Of a stretch of DNA of 64,000 bases, positions 50,130-62,266 are shown one piece after another. Each line of letters starts with the position of its first letter. Positions within the stretch are counted from its first letter, which is position 1. The position numbers and the translations under genes were made by a program. Under the pieces are notes generated by a model. It had not been told where the DNA came from. It saw only the letters and a program-made list of their open reading frames with translations, and did not search any database. The stretch comes from Schmidtea polychroa (lineage: Eukaryota). The stretch covers positions 97,132,397 through 97,196,396 of the forward strand of contig CM097887.1 of assembly GCA_044892525.1 (NCBI GenBank), given 5' to 3'.

Positions 50130-53100
50130 TTTATTTTATAATTTAAATATTAAGTTTTAATTCATAAATTTAAGCGTAATATAAATTTCAGTAAATTTGA
50201 AAGTTTTTTATTCTTATAAAAAGATAATTTAAAAACTCAAAACGTCAATATTATTTAATAAAATTGAATACCTGTCCTTCCTAGAATATGGTTGATCTAA
50301 AATCTTGTCTTTTGAAAATTCCTTTTCATCCATGGTTAAAGTTTAAAATCGTTTAGCTAACAAATATCTTAGTTGGAATTGTAAAATTTTCATGTTTTTA
50401 AACCTTTATAAACATGTCAGTGTGTTTGAACAAATTTGTTATTTGAACTCATTTTTAACGAACAATTTTCCAATAAATGTCATTTTATGAGAATATTAAG
50501 TCGCACATATTTTGTTATAATTTTTGCAAACTGACAATCATAATTTAGTTTATAACATTTAGGTGGACATTTTTACAAAGTCGCCATTTTCAATTAGAAT
50601 TTTAATTTTTAAATTGCAAATTTAAGTTTACTTTGCATTTCTTATACAGAATATGATATTTGTTTTAATCTGAATTTTATTACAAGAGTAAAAAGCAAAA
50701 TTTTAATATTTGTCTTAATTTTTTAAAAGTTATTTCGATTTACAAATAACGGTAATTTTTTAGGGTGCTAAAAGATTACAAAACTTCAAATAATTTAATT
50801 TCATAAGTCATCTAACATAATATTATTTTAATTTAGCAATTTCTACCTTGCTGAATGTTGAAAAAGCTATTGTTACAAAATTATATCAAAATATTATTTG
50901 GTCGAAACTTCCAAAGGTCCGATATTAAACTTGATGGAAATGCATTTGGACATTTTTAAAAAANNNNNNNNNNNNNNNNNNNNNNNNNNNNNNNNNNNNN
51001 NNNNNNNNNNNNNNNNNNNNNNNNNNNNNNNNNNNNNNNNNNNNNNNNNNNNNNNNNNNNNNNNNNNNNNNNNNNNNNNNNNNNNNNNNNNNNNNNNNNN
51101 NNNNNGTAAATAAAAAATGTTTATTTCAATAAATATCTTTTGTGATGAAATTAAAATGGTGTAAAATATTTTGATTTTGAAACTGTGCTCTGAGTATTAT
51201 ACAATTTATTATCAAAATTTGGGTTATTTGTCTTGAAAATTATTTTTATTTTCTAAAACTTCACATTGAAAATTGCAAGTGTGTAAATTAAATTTTAAAA
51301 GTACTTGTATTATATAATTAACAATTCTTTTGTATGCCGGACAACTGGAAAAGATGCGTAAAAAACTTTCAATTGTCAAGCATAAATTTTGGTTTGTAAT
51401 TATTAGAATATAAATTAATTTTAAGTGAATCAGGTTAATTAGAGGCAGTTAATTACTTTTGTTGTTTTTCATTAATTTACTAGTATGTAATTATTATTAA
51501 TTTTCCGATTGTTATTTTTGTTTGGAATATTAGGGGAACAATGAGAAATATTTATAAATGAACGAACCCCCTCAAAAGATTTTAAAATGAATGACACGGT
51601 TCGCATATTTATTCGGTCATTAAAACTGTAGCAAATATTTATACGGAAAAGCGATGATGAAGTAATTAAATGAAAATTAATTTAACTTAATTTAATAAAT
51701 TTATTGGTGTACTAATTAGTAAAATTATAATCCGATGCAAATCCATCTCTTAAAATATTTTGTTTAAATATAATCTTAAATTTTGCAATTCTTTCCAAAA
51801 TTTTCATTTTGTTTTAATAGTATTTATTTTTATTTAATTATTTAACTCTAGAACGATTTAGCAATTGTTGATCATGACATTGTTATAATGATCACTTTAT
51901 CAAACCGCATTCCTTGCACCAGACTGTTCATGAGAAACTTTTCACAACTATTTTTTTTCAAAGAATAATAAATAAATAGTGAAAAAATTATTAAATTATA
52001 TAAAACTGAATGAGAATATTGTAAATTTCTATAGTTTTCCAAAACTATGTATTTTAAGGCAGAGTTTTTCAAAATTGTCCATACGTTTGGGAACTGACAT
52101 TGATTTATCCAGTAATTGAAATATTCATAGCATAGTTCGTCCTCTTATACGTGTTCTTGGACATCTTATTATCAGAGAAGTCCTCCCTTTCTAGGGAGTC
52201 TTCTTTGATAAAATGGAAAGATAGATATTTTATAATACATATAAAGAGTCACTATCAGTAAATATTAAAAAATGATTATAAACTTCCAATTTTATTAGCA
52301 TTACCCTTTCCCGAAAAAACAGGAAGACAAGTAATAGGAAGACGATCTATCCATTATTGTGAAACTATGATTGTCATTTGAAACGTCCATGCATTGATGT
52401 ATATAGGGTATTTGATTGTAATGTGGGCACTGCAAGTAAATTGGACACTCCAATGACTTAAAAAGTTAGTGTGATAACGTTCAAGAAATTGTGTTTGTAA
52501 CTTATAGCAATGTTGTTTTGGAGCAAAATGTGATCATTAGATATGGGATTTTATTTGATATTAACGGTTGACAGATTTTGCGCCGAAAGGATTTTTTTTG
52601 GATGTGTCTTGTAACCTCGAGTAAAGCAACACGTAACTTGTAAGTGTTTTGAATGTAATTACAACGATTTGCCAGATTGTTGACGTTGATAATGAAGTGA
52701 GCAATATTTGGGGTCAGGCATATGTTATTTTTTTAATTGTAACTTGGACACCGATATTTGTTGTTAAGGTGGACAGTGTCAAAGTTAGCTGTATATGATT
52801 AGATCACTGGTATGGATATGTCATTAAACAATAATTTAACAATAATTTAATGCTAATAGGCCGTACATGATAGATTATATGACAAGCATAATGTAGTTTA
52901 TCAGTAATAATGTCAAGTACCAAATTTTTCTGTTTTGTGCCAGCTGCAACAAACGTGAATGGACTCGGAACATGCAAAATATAATATCAATGAGGTGAAA
53001 GGTCCTGTTACTGAAGTCACAAGAATTGTTGATAATTGATCATAAACCATTATGAATTAAAATTGCAATCTCATTTTTATCAGGCTATCTTGAAAAACTC

Positions 53101-53634
53101 TGGTTTTTTAATGACGAATTTGAAACAACAAGCTTTCTTCAATACTGCGATTTTTCGTTTTACTTCCATTTGCAACATTCAAATTATTCACTACACTTTA
53201 ATTTCTCAAGTGTTGCAAAGCCATATTTTTCAGCTTTTAGTTGTAGATGTAGATTAATCTTAGAATCATGAAGAAAGTTAATAATATCTTTAGACATTGT
53301 AATACAAATAAAAATACATTCTGTCATTATCTGGGTACGACATTTTCAAATGACCTTCGTATTTATAAAATATAATGTCGAATAAATGTTGATCATGAAT
53401 CAAAATAAGAATAAGCAAACGCGATCCAGAAGCAATACCTTATTAATAATACAAAATCATGTCTCAACTCAACTCAATATATATTTTACATTATTTCCAA
53501 ATTGAATCTGCTATGAGTAGACAATTTCCACACATATTCACGTGGCGTTCATTTGTTATTTTGATTTATGGTGATGGAACCGAATTTATTTTCCATTTGT
53601 CCTGTAATTCTGACTTTATGTCATGTTGCCAGAA

Positions 53635-53637
<3 letters not shown>

Positions 53638-53697
<60 letters not shown>
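53638..53697. repeat. (TA)n(TG)n compound microsatellite
   Basis: Direct reading. Confidence 0.97.
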
Positions 53698-54532
53698 CTT
53701 ATATCAACATTTTTCAACCGCTGGTTCGCGAGCTAATATTGGGTCGCGAAAAAAATAAAAGTGGTCCACGTACAAAGAAAAGATAGATTTTTGGTCCGCC
53801 TTACGTTTTGGGTTGAGTAACACTGCGTTAGATAATTTAAAGACGGGCAAATTGGAAATATGTCCATAACATAAGAGGTCGAGTATTTATCTCTGTTTAA
53901 TGGGATACTATTATGTAATAATTAATGTGCAATATGAGATATGATTCAGATATACAGTAATATACACAGTGTAGAACTGGGTTGGTCGAATTAAAGGCTA
54001 TGGGGCCGGCGATATCTGAACTATCAAATCATCATATATTTTTTCTGATTTAAAAAAAATAATACAATATATTAGATATGGCAATATTATACACTAAACA
54101 GTAAATGTCTGGAAAACAGTTTAGAAGAGCTAAATTACTATTGAAATAGCACTAACGGCTACAGTGTCAAATTTAATGGAAAAATTAAATGATTCAATGA
54201 AAAGATAGGACCACTTAAAAATCTATGCAAGATATATAGTATATAGTAAAATCTTATTTTACACGGTCTTTTTTTACACGATTTTGAAATAACACGGTTC
54301 GTCAAGAATATTTATTTTGCATATAAATTTGTTTTAACATTCTACACAAGTATTTTGTGTACGTAGTTTTTCTAAATTGAAAAGTATAAAAAATAGACTC
54401 TTCGTTGTCACGAGGTAATTTGCAGATTTTGATGCTTATAATGATAGAGAAGGATATTTTAGTCAACTGACATACCTACAAAATGATAGATAAAATAAGT
54501 TAAATGCTTTGGAGTAGGTAGAAGTGAGCCCA

Positions 54533-54975
54533 CGATGACTCATCGTTAAGGTCAACTTAAGGTCAAATTTTAAGGTCAATGTCATTTTCAGGTCAATTTA
54601 AGGTCAATTTAGGCCATTTTAAGGTCAAATTCTGAGGTCAAAGTCGATTTTAGGCCATTTTAAGGTCAAATCTTGAGGGCAAAGTCGATTTTAGGCTATT
54701 TTAAGGTCAACTTTTGAGGCCAAAGTCTAATTTTTCCAAATTTAAGGTCAAATTTTAAGGTCATAGAAAATTTTAAGGTCAACCCCCTACCCCCTACCCC
54801 TAATTTTAAGGTCATAGAAAATTTTAAGGTCAACCCCCTACCCCCTACCCCTATTTTTAAGGTCATAGAAAATTTTAAGGTCAACCCCCCTACCCCCTAC
54901 CCCTAATTTTAGGGTCATAGAAAATTTTAAGGTCAACCCCGCCTACCCATAATTTAAAGGTCAAATTGAGGTCAA
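54533..54975 (+). repeat. Array of ~19 (TTA)AGGTCA motifs in nested ~41-bp and ~51-bp tandem units, preceded by the palindrome CGATGACTCATCG
   Basis: Counted by eye. The 51-bp unit TTTTAAGGTCATAGAAAATTTTAAGGTCAACCCCCTACCCCCTACCCCTAA occurs ~3.5 times (54753-54950). One perfect AAAGGTCA at 54956-54963. Confidence 0.9.
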
Positions 54976-55056
54976 AAATTAAAAATTTTCTAAGTCCATT
55001 TAACGAATTACTTTATAGGAAATTTTCAAAGTCAAAACACGTTTTAATACTACGTT

Positions 55057-55140
55057 TGCAAATGTCTTTGTTACTCATGCATATGCATTGCAAATGTCTT
55101 TGTTACTTATGCATTTGTATTGCATATGTCTTTGTATTAC
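55057..55140 (+). repeat. 32-bp tandem repeat x2.6
   Basis: Unit TGCAAATGTCTTTGTTACT(C/T)ATGCAT(A/T)TG(C/T)AT. Confidence 0.8.
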
Positions 55141-55686
55141 ACACCTTAAGGATAGAAAAATATTTCTAAGCGAGATCTAAAGTGAATGTGTGTAAAGGGC
55201 AATAAATAAGGGTAAAATCAAAATTTTTTAAGAAAATACATGTAATTTGATTAAAATTTATGAAAACTATATATATATATTTGTTTTATTTTAGGCAGAT
55301 AATCTATGTGTGTCTGTATATGAAAACATTGATAAGGAGCAATAAATAAGGGACGGTTTTACTCACACACAAGTTTTATATCAATCGAAAGTCTACTATA
55401 TATAATACATAATTGAATCGAATCAAAATAAGGGCAAAATCAAAAATGGTAAAATAAAATGTTCATTATCAGACATTTTAAAAAATATATTTTATTTATT
55501 TATTTTAAATAAAAATATGTAATTATGATCATAGTTAATTTAAGCACATATTTATTTCACTTTTCACAAAATAATTTTAAAATACCACAACGTAATATAT
55601 TTTCTATCTTAATTTTAATTGGCTGGAGAATAAAGTATGCTTTTCATTATAAACATTTTCATTATTACGAAATAACTTTACAGATA

Positions 55687-55962
55687 ATGATCACAGACAT
55701 CGATTACGAAAATGGTATTTTCATTATTTTTTAATTCATTTTAATATATATATATATATTTTCTAGATAGCGATTGTGTCATAATTGAAGAACATTTTGT
55801 TACTTCGATACCTGCAAAAGAATATGGACGAAAAAGTTAAATAATAATAATTCATTGTTTATTCTTAATTGTCTTTTCCAGGAAATTTTAATGAGGATTC
55901 AGTTGCTGATTCTGTTGCTTATGCTGCTGGAACTATTGAATATTTCGCAAAGAAGATAAAAT
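55687..55962 (+). CDS. Small spliced orphan ORF (acidic, SIM-like motif); last exon uncertain
   Basis: Exons 55687-55714, 55767-55835 and 55882-55962 with 52-nt and 46-nt GT-AG introns stay in frame: MITDIDYENDSDCVIIEEHFVTSIPAKEYGRKRNFNEDSVADSVAYAAGTIEYFAKKIK; strong gtaagt donor at 55963. Confidence 0.5.
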
Positions 55963-56240
55963 GTAAGTAAATTACAAAATTTAACTTAGATTTCTAGTTC
56001 TATAGTTTTTTGTTTATGAAAATTTAAATAAGTAAAAAATGATATTTAATCAGATGTTAATATTTAGATGAATTTATTTAAATAAATTTCTTAAAATTAA
56101 TGAAAATTAGTAATATATAAATTATTAATTAAAATTAGTACAATGTTCAAATTTTAACTGAAATTATTTTTTAGACAATATTAATATAGTTATTGTTAGT
56201 TTATTTTAACTATATTACGATGATAAACTTTAATTTTATT

Positions 56241-56616
56241 CAGTACTCGAAGTGAGGCGGGATAGCCGGGATATTATCCCGGCATTGATTATGTAGGCGG
56301 AATTGCATCCCGGCACTTCATTTCATATAATCTATAGGTTTATCCCGGTACTTATTTCATTTTATAGGCACACAAATACTGCAATTAAGGTCACACATAG
56401 TACATCCATATATGTATGTATATATATATTCTTTATTCTCTATTCTCTATTCAATTAAGAATTTCCCAAGCAGCAGTAATGGATAGGTAGGTATTTGTTG
56501 GACACCCCCCAAAGTTTTGCAACACCCCCAACTGAAAATTTCTGCATAAAAGCCTGGAATCCCGGGTGCCACAGCATGCCTATCCCGGCACATATTTTGT
56601 TCCACTTCGAGCACTG
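56241..56616. mobile_element. 8-bp-TSD DNA transposon MITE (hAT- or P-like)
   Basis: CAGTACTCGAAGTG ... CACTTCGAGCACTG; TSD ATTTTATT on both sides; repeated TCCCGG subterminal motifs; an empty-site paralog lies at ~57015. Confidence 0.88.
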
Positions 56617-57858
56617 ATTTTATTATAAAAGTATAAATAAAACTTCATTTCAAAATCGAATTTTTATTTGCAATATTATTTTTACATTAATCAACTAAGA
56701 TGAGACTAATTTAAAATTTGATTGCATCACGAAACTTCTAGTATTTCATGTAAGTGAAATTAAAAGTATATATGGATTGTTAAATAATTAACATATTAAA
56801 ATAATATCTTTGTTTAAGAAAATTTAAAGTAGTAAAAAAAATGATATTTAATCAGATGTTTATTGGTAAATATTTAGATGAATTCATTTAAATAAATTTC
56901 TTAAAATTATTGAGAATTAGTAATATATTAAATAAAATTAGTACAAAGTTCAAATTTTAAATGAAATTTATTAGACAATATTTTTTTTTAACTATATTAA
57001 GACGATCAACATGAAATTTATTATAAAAAATGATGAAAGTATAAATGAAACTTCATTTCAAAAATATGAATTGTGATAAAAAAAATTGAACAATTTTGAA
57101 ATAACTAAGGGCATTCAATAATATTGTAACTCATTAAATAAAGTTTACATAGTAAGCTAAATGCTACCCTTGTCCATTTTTATGGTTTATAGAGGTGAAA
57201 AATAAATTTAGATGCACAATGAAATTTAAAAGTGTAAATCTATAAAAAGTTAAAATTTATAAAAAAAAATTGAAAATTCGAAAAAATTAAAAATTGATGC
57301 ATGTATGTACGTATGGCAAATAAAAAGACTAACACAAATACAATAAAATCAAATCATCGAGGATATCCACTTAATGATTTATTTTATGAATGATTATAAT
57401 TGATTTTATCTTATTTTGAATTTGAATAAATAATTGAATATATCGGGGACAAATTAACTTAATTATAAATTTTAATATATTAATAATTTTGGAATAATAA
57501 TAATTAAGATAAATGATAATCAATAGAGATAAATGAATTACCGATAATATAAATGAAATTCAATATTATAAATAAACCATATAATTAAACCATTTAATGG
57601 TTAAAAATAAATAAAACATAAAATAATAAAATAAATATATTATAAAATTAAATAATTCTTTTTTATATTGCATTTCGCTATATAAACCAAGATCAAAATC
57701 AACCTTTCCGCCCATAAAAAATATAAACTTTTGAGAGATGTTTATTGTTAAATATGTTTAAAAAGAAACATAATAAAGCAATTGTAATTATTTAAGGCAA
57801 TTTATACAAACAATGTTGCACCGCAAAAGAACATGATGGGAAACAATGCCATGATGCA

Positions 57859-60800
57859 ATGGAAAAATACTATTTAAGAAATTATTATAATAAAAAATAT
57901 TATTTATGCCCGTTTTGCGAAGCTCTTTTCACTAAGCCCTATGAAATATTTTATAATGATCACAAAGATCATCTTACATATTTTAAATCGGATAAAAAAG
58001 AATTTTTTAAAAAATTATTTAATAACGGTATAATAGACGTACCTACTAAAAAACAAAAACTTAATGATAACATCATCATTATAGATGAATCTGATGATGA
58101 TGTTATCGTTATAGGTGAATCAGGGAATTTTTTAAATTATCAAATTGGTTGTGGATCAACTAATATGATAGAAGATATTGAAGAATCAGTGGAAGAACCA
58201 GTGGAAGAACCAGTGGAAGAACCAGTGGAAGAACCGGTGGAAGAACCGGTGGAAGAACCAGTGGAAGAACCAGTGGAAGAACCAGTGGAAGAACCGGTGG
58301 AAGAACCAGTGGAAACGGAACAAATAGTAGAAGAGGACAATATATGGGATGATTTCCAGATTGTTAATGAATGGGAACCTACTGAAGAAGTCGAGATTGA
58401 ATCTGACTTGAAAAATTGTCATAAAACAATTAAAATGTCGTTCAAAAACATGAATGAGATAAATCTACACGAAACTTTCTCTGAGAAACTATTATCTACA
58501 ATCAAGGAGATGAAAACTGTGAAAGTTCAATTCGGGATAGAATGTGATTTCGAAAAAGATGGAGAATTCCAATCATCAAGATTTTCTAACAAAGCGGTGA
58601 TGGTAACTGAGAACAATTTTGAAAAGTTTATTGCAGATGGTATTGAAAAGCTGCACGAGAAAATTCATATCAGATCGTCTGATAAGAATAATTGAAATAA
58701 ATTTCAAAATAACTAAGATTTCCGAAATATCCAGATTATCCGGAAGAAATTATATTCCAACTCCGAAAGCCTTAATAAATAAAAATGCATTAATAAATGT
58801 GATCAATGGAGATGATATGTGTTTCATATACAGTGTGCTAGCCAATTTGAAAAAAGATATCATTATGGCTGATAATACAAATGTTGAAAATTATACACAG
58901 TTCTTGTCCGAATTGGTATATAATGAATTAGATATGCCAATGAAATTGAAGGACATTTCAAAATTCGAAAAGCATAACGAAGGAATTGCTATCAATGTCC
59001 TCAGTTACAATCCTAAAAATATGATTGATATCGATAATGTGGATATTATAATGAAACATCCACATATTGATATAATACATCGGACTAAAGTAACTGGGGT
59101 TACACCGATGTATTTACTATTGTTAGAATCGAATGGCCAATACCACTATACTGCAGTTCCAGATTTACAGCGATTAATGAATTGTAGAAAAACTCATAGT
59201 TGCCCAGTCCGTATTCAATGCAGATGGTGCGAGACATGTTTAAATGGTTTTAGAAGAGAAGATGCTTTTGACAGGCATGTAGCTTTATGCAAGAAAAACC
59301 AATTGGGCACAACATTATACACGTTGCCAGAAATCTCAGATTTAAAATTTAATGACTGGTCAAAAATGGTAACTCCGCCTTTTGTTATATATGCTGACTT
59401 CGAAGCTGTTTTACCACTTGATGAAAGACAACACCAAAAACATTTACCTATAGCAGCGGGGCTGTTACTGGTAAATAATTTTACTGGGTCAACGAAATAT
59501 AGTCATTTTATTGGACCAGATTGTGTATACAGATTTCTGATGGATGTAGAAAATATTGTCAACAATATAGTGAAGGTTTATTATAAGACAAGAGGGCATT
59601 GTCAAATGAAATTTTTGACAAATCAGGAAAAGCTGCAATTCCACACAGCAGTCAATTGTTACTTGTGCAAAAAGCCAATGCCAGAGAAAGTGAAAGACCA
59701 TGATCATTTCACTGGCAAATATCTCGGAGCCTCATGCAATGTATGCAATCAACAAAGGAAAATCAGAGAAACATTACCCATCGTATTTCATAATCTGAAA
59801 GGGTATGATCTACATCACATTTTGAAATATGGGCTCAATCAACTTCCTCATTGGAGTCTCAGCTGCATACCAACAAGCACAGAGAAATTTTTAACATTGA
59901 TAGCATGGCTGGGTAAATTTACAATAAGATTTATTGACTCATATCAGTTTGTCAATACTTCATTACATAATGCAGTAAAAACATTGAACGACTTGCCTTT
60001 GACCCGTTCAGTATTCAATACTGCAACCATCATAAACAACAAAGGAATTTTTCCTTATGATTTTGCCACAAGTGAGGAAATATTAGAAACAACATATGAA
60101 TTTCCCGCTATTTGGGAAGGCGTTACAAATGAAGAGTATATAATAGCGCAACAAATATGGCAAGAAACAAGTTGCGAAACTCTAATGGATTATTTACAAA
60201 TTTATTTAAAACTTGATGTGTTTTTACTTGCCGATTTCTTCCAACAATTTCGAGCAAGATCAAAAGCACATAATGGACTCGAGCCACTCAATTTTTTTGG
60301 AATCCCTGGAATGTCTTGGGCATCTGCGCTCATGACCTTAGAAGAACTACTGATGAACTACTGATGGACATGGAGATGTATAATTTCTTCGAGGGTGGGA
60401 TCCGTGGTGGTCTCACATTTGTAAATAAACACTTCGCTGTAACAGATGATGAAACAGAGTTGCTTTATATTGATATAAACAACCTGTACGGGTGGGCGTT
60501 AAGCCAATACTTGCCATGTAGCGATTTTGAGTGGATATATAATGAAGTGGAATTATTATCCATTTTAGTTGACTGTATTAGTTCCAAACTAGAAAATTTA
60601 ACTTATGGATACACATTGGAAGGTGATTTAGTCATCCCGTCTAATATCCACGATCTATTAGACGATTTCCCAGTCGCAGCAGAGAAAATGTGTCCACCAG
60701 ATTCCACTGTACCAAAATTATTATTAACCCATTATGCGAAAACTAATTATGTTATTCATTGGAGACTTTTGAAATTATATATGGCCCTCGGAGTGGAAGT

Positions 60801-61747
60801 CACCAATATACATCGTGCAATAAAATTTACACAAAAGCCGATATTGAAGGATTATATCAACACAAATACCCAACTTCGAGCTGAATCACAAAATAGTTTA
60901 GATAGAGATTTTTATAAACTTTTAAATAATAGTGTTTACGGCAAGACAGTGGAGAATCTGAAGAAAAGAATAAATCTGAGATTGTGCAACAATGCCGAAA
61001 AATTGGTTAAATACACTTCAAAGCCAACATTTAGACGTTCAATTAAAATTGCTGATGATTTAATTGCCCTTTTGCTGAATAGATGTAGTTTGTTTAGATA
61101 GGCCTAGCTACATTGGTCAAACAGTGCTAGACTTATCTAAACTTAGAATGTATGAACTACAGTATATTGAACTGTCAAAATATCGAGCACAGTTCAATTG
61201 CCAAATAAATATCATAGCCGGGGATACAGACTCATTCTTCCTCGAATGTAAATATGTCAAATTGCGATCACAATTACTTCCTGCAATGATTGCTGACGGA
61301 TTGTTAGACACCAGCAACTACGATCCTACAGATCCATTATATTCACGAAATTTGGATTCTGTAATTGGGAAATTCAAGGACGAAAACAAAGGCAAATCAT
61401 ATCAAGAATGGGTATTCCTCAGACCCAAATGCTATAGTTTGCTAACTTGTGATAATGATACTATAAATAAAGCCAAAGGTGTATCATTAAAGGGAACAGA
61501 AATCACACATCAATCGTATGTGGATTGTTATCTTGGAATGCGTATACCGAAGGTGAATCAATCCCGGTTTGGTACACGAAACCATCAATTATTTACATTT
61601 AGAACTAAGAAGGTAGCCCTTACAAATAACGATGATAAAAGGGTTTGGGTTGAAGAGAACAAGAGCTTCGCATATGGGCATTATAATATTTTAGATAATG
61701 AATTAAATAATATTTTGCCTCTTGATGAATCATCTGCAGACGAATGA
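57859..61747 (+). pseudogene. pPolB: Protein-primed family B DNA polymerase (Polinton/adintovirus type) split by three frameshifts
   Basis: ORFs 57859-58695, 58619-60364, 60316-61101 and 61124-61747. Exo I YADFE, Exo II FHNLKGYD, Exo III YLKLDVFLL; pol motifs YIDINNLYG, KLLNNSVYGK, GDTDS, LRPKCYS, KAKGV, DDKR; endonuclease-VII-like insert KDHDHFTGKYLG. Confidence 0.93.
58189..58308 (+). repeat. 12-bp coding minisatellite x10 encoding (VEEP)10
   Basis: GTGGAAGAACC(A/G) x10, in frame within the PolB N-terminal ORF. Confidence 0.97.
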
Positions 61748-62266
61748 TAATGATTAATGGTAATGATTTATCCGTTTTATTTTTAAAAATATTTTTATTT
61801 TTATTTTAGTTTCTGCACAGTTTCTCCAGTTTTGACACAGTTTCTGAACAGTTTTGAAAAGAGATGAGATCGAACCACCAATATAATGATTCATTTGTAA
61901 CTTTTGTAATGGTACTTGTTGTAACCTATTTAATTGTCCTTTTAATGCATATTGGTTCTCATAATTATGTTTATTTTTATTGCGTTGTTTCTCTTTTGAG
62001 TCCTAAATATGTTATTGTGAATGTGTATACGTCCTCTTTAGGATTGCAAATATTGATTGCATTTATTGTTGAGAAACGATTATTATTATTATTATTATTA
62101 TTATTGTTATTATTATTATTTTTATTATTATTATTTTTATTATTAATATTAATAAATTCATGGCTCAAAATATATATATATATATATTTTACATTTATTA
62201 TACATAATTCAGTAACGACTTCGTTTAAATAAAGTAACACAACATTTTTTTTTACAATACATTTAT

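Noticed and set aside
9707-51113. ORFs made mostly of X
   Set aside because: They run through assembly gaps; only 24603-25568 has real coding content.
54546-54975. Repeat array as a CRISPR or telomere; ORF 54696-54884
   Set aside because: Eukaryotic context, no unique spacers, no cas genes; not a pure telomeric repeat. The ORF is only the translated tandem unit.
58140-58422. Minus-strand (GSST)n and (HWFF)n ORFs
   Set aside because: Antisense readings of the 12-bp VEEP minisatellite.
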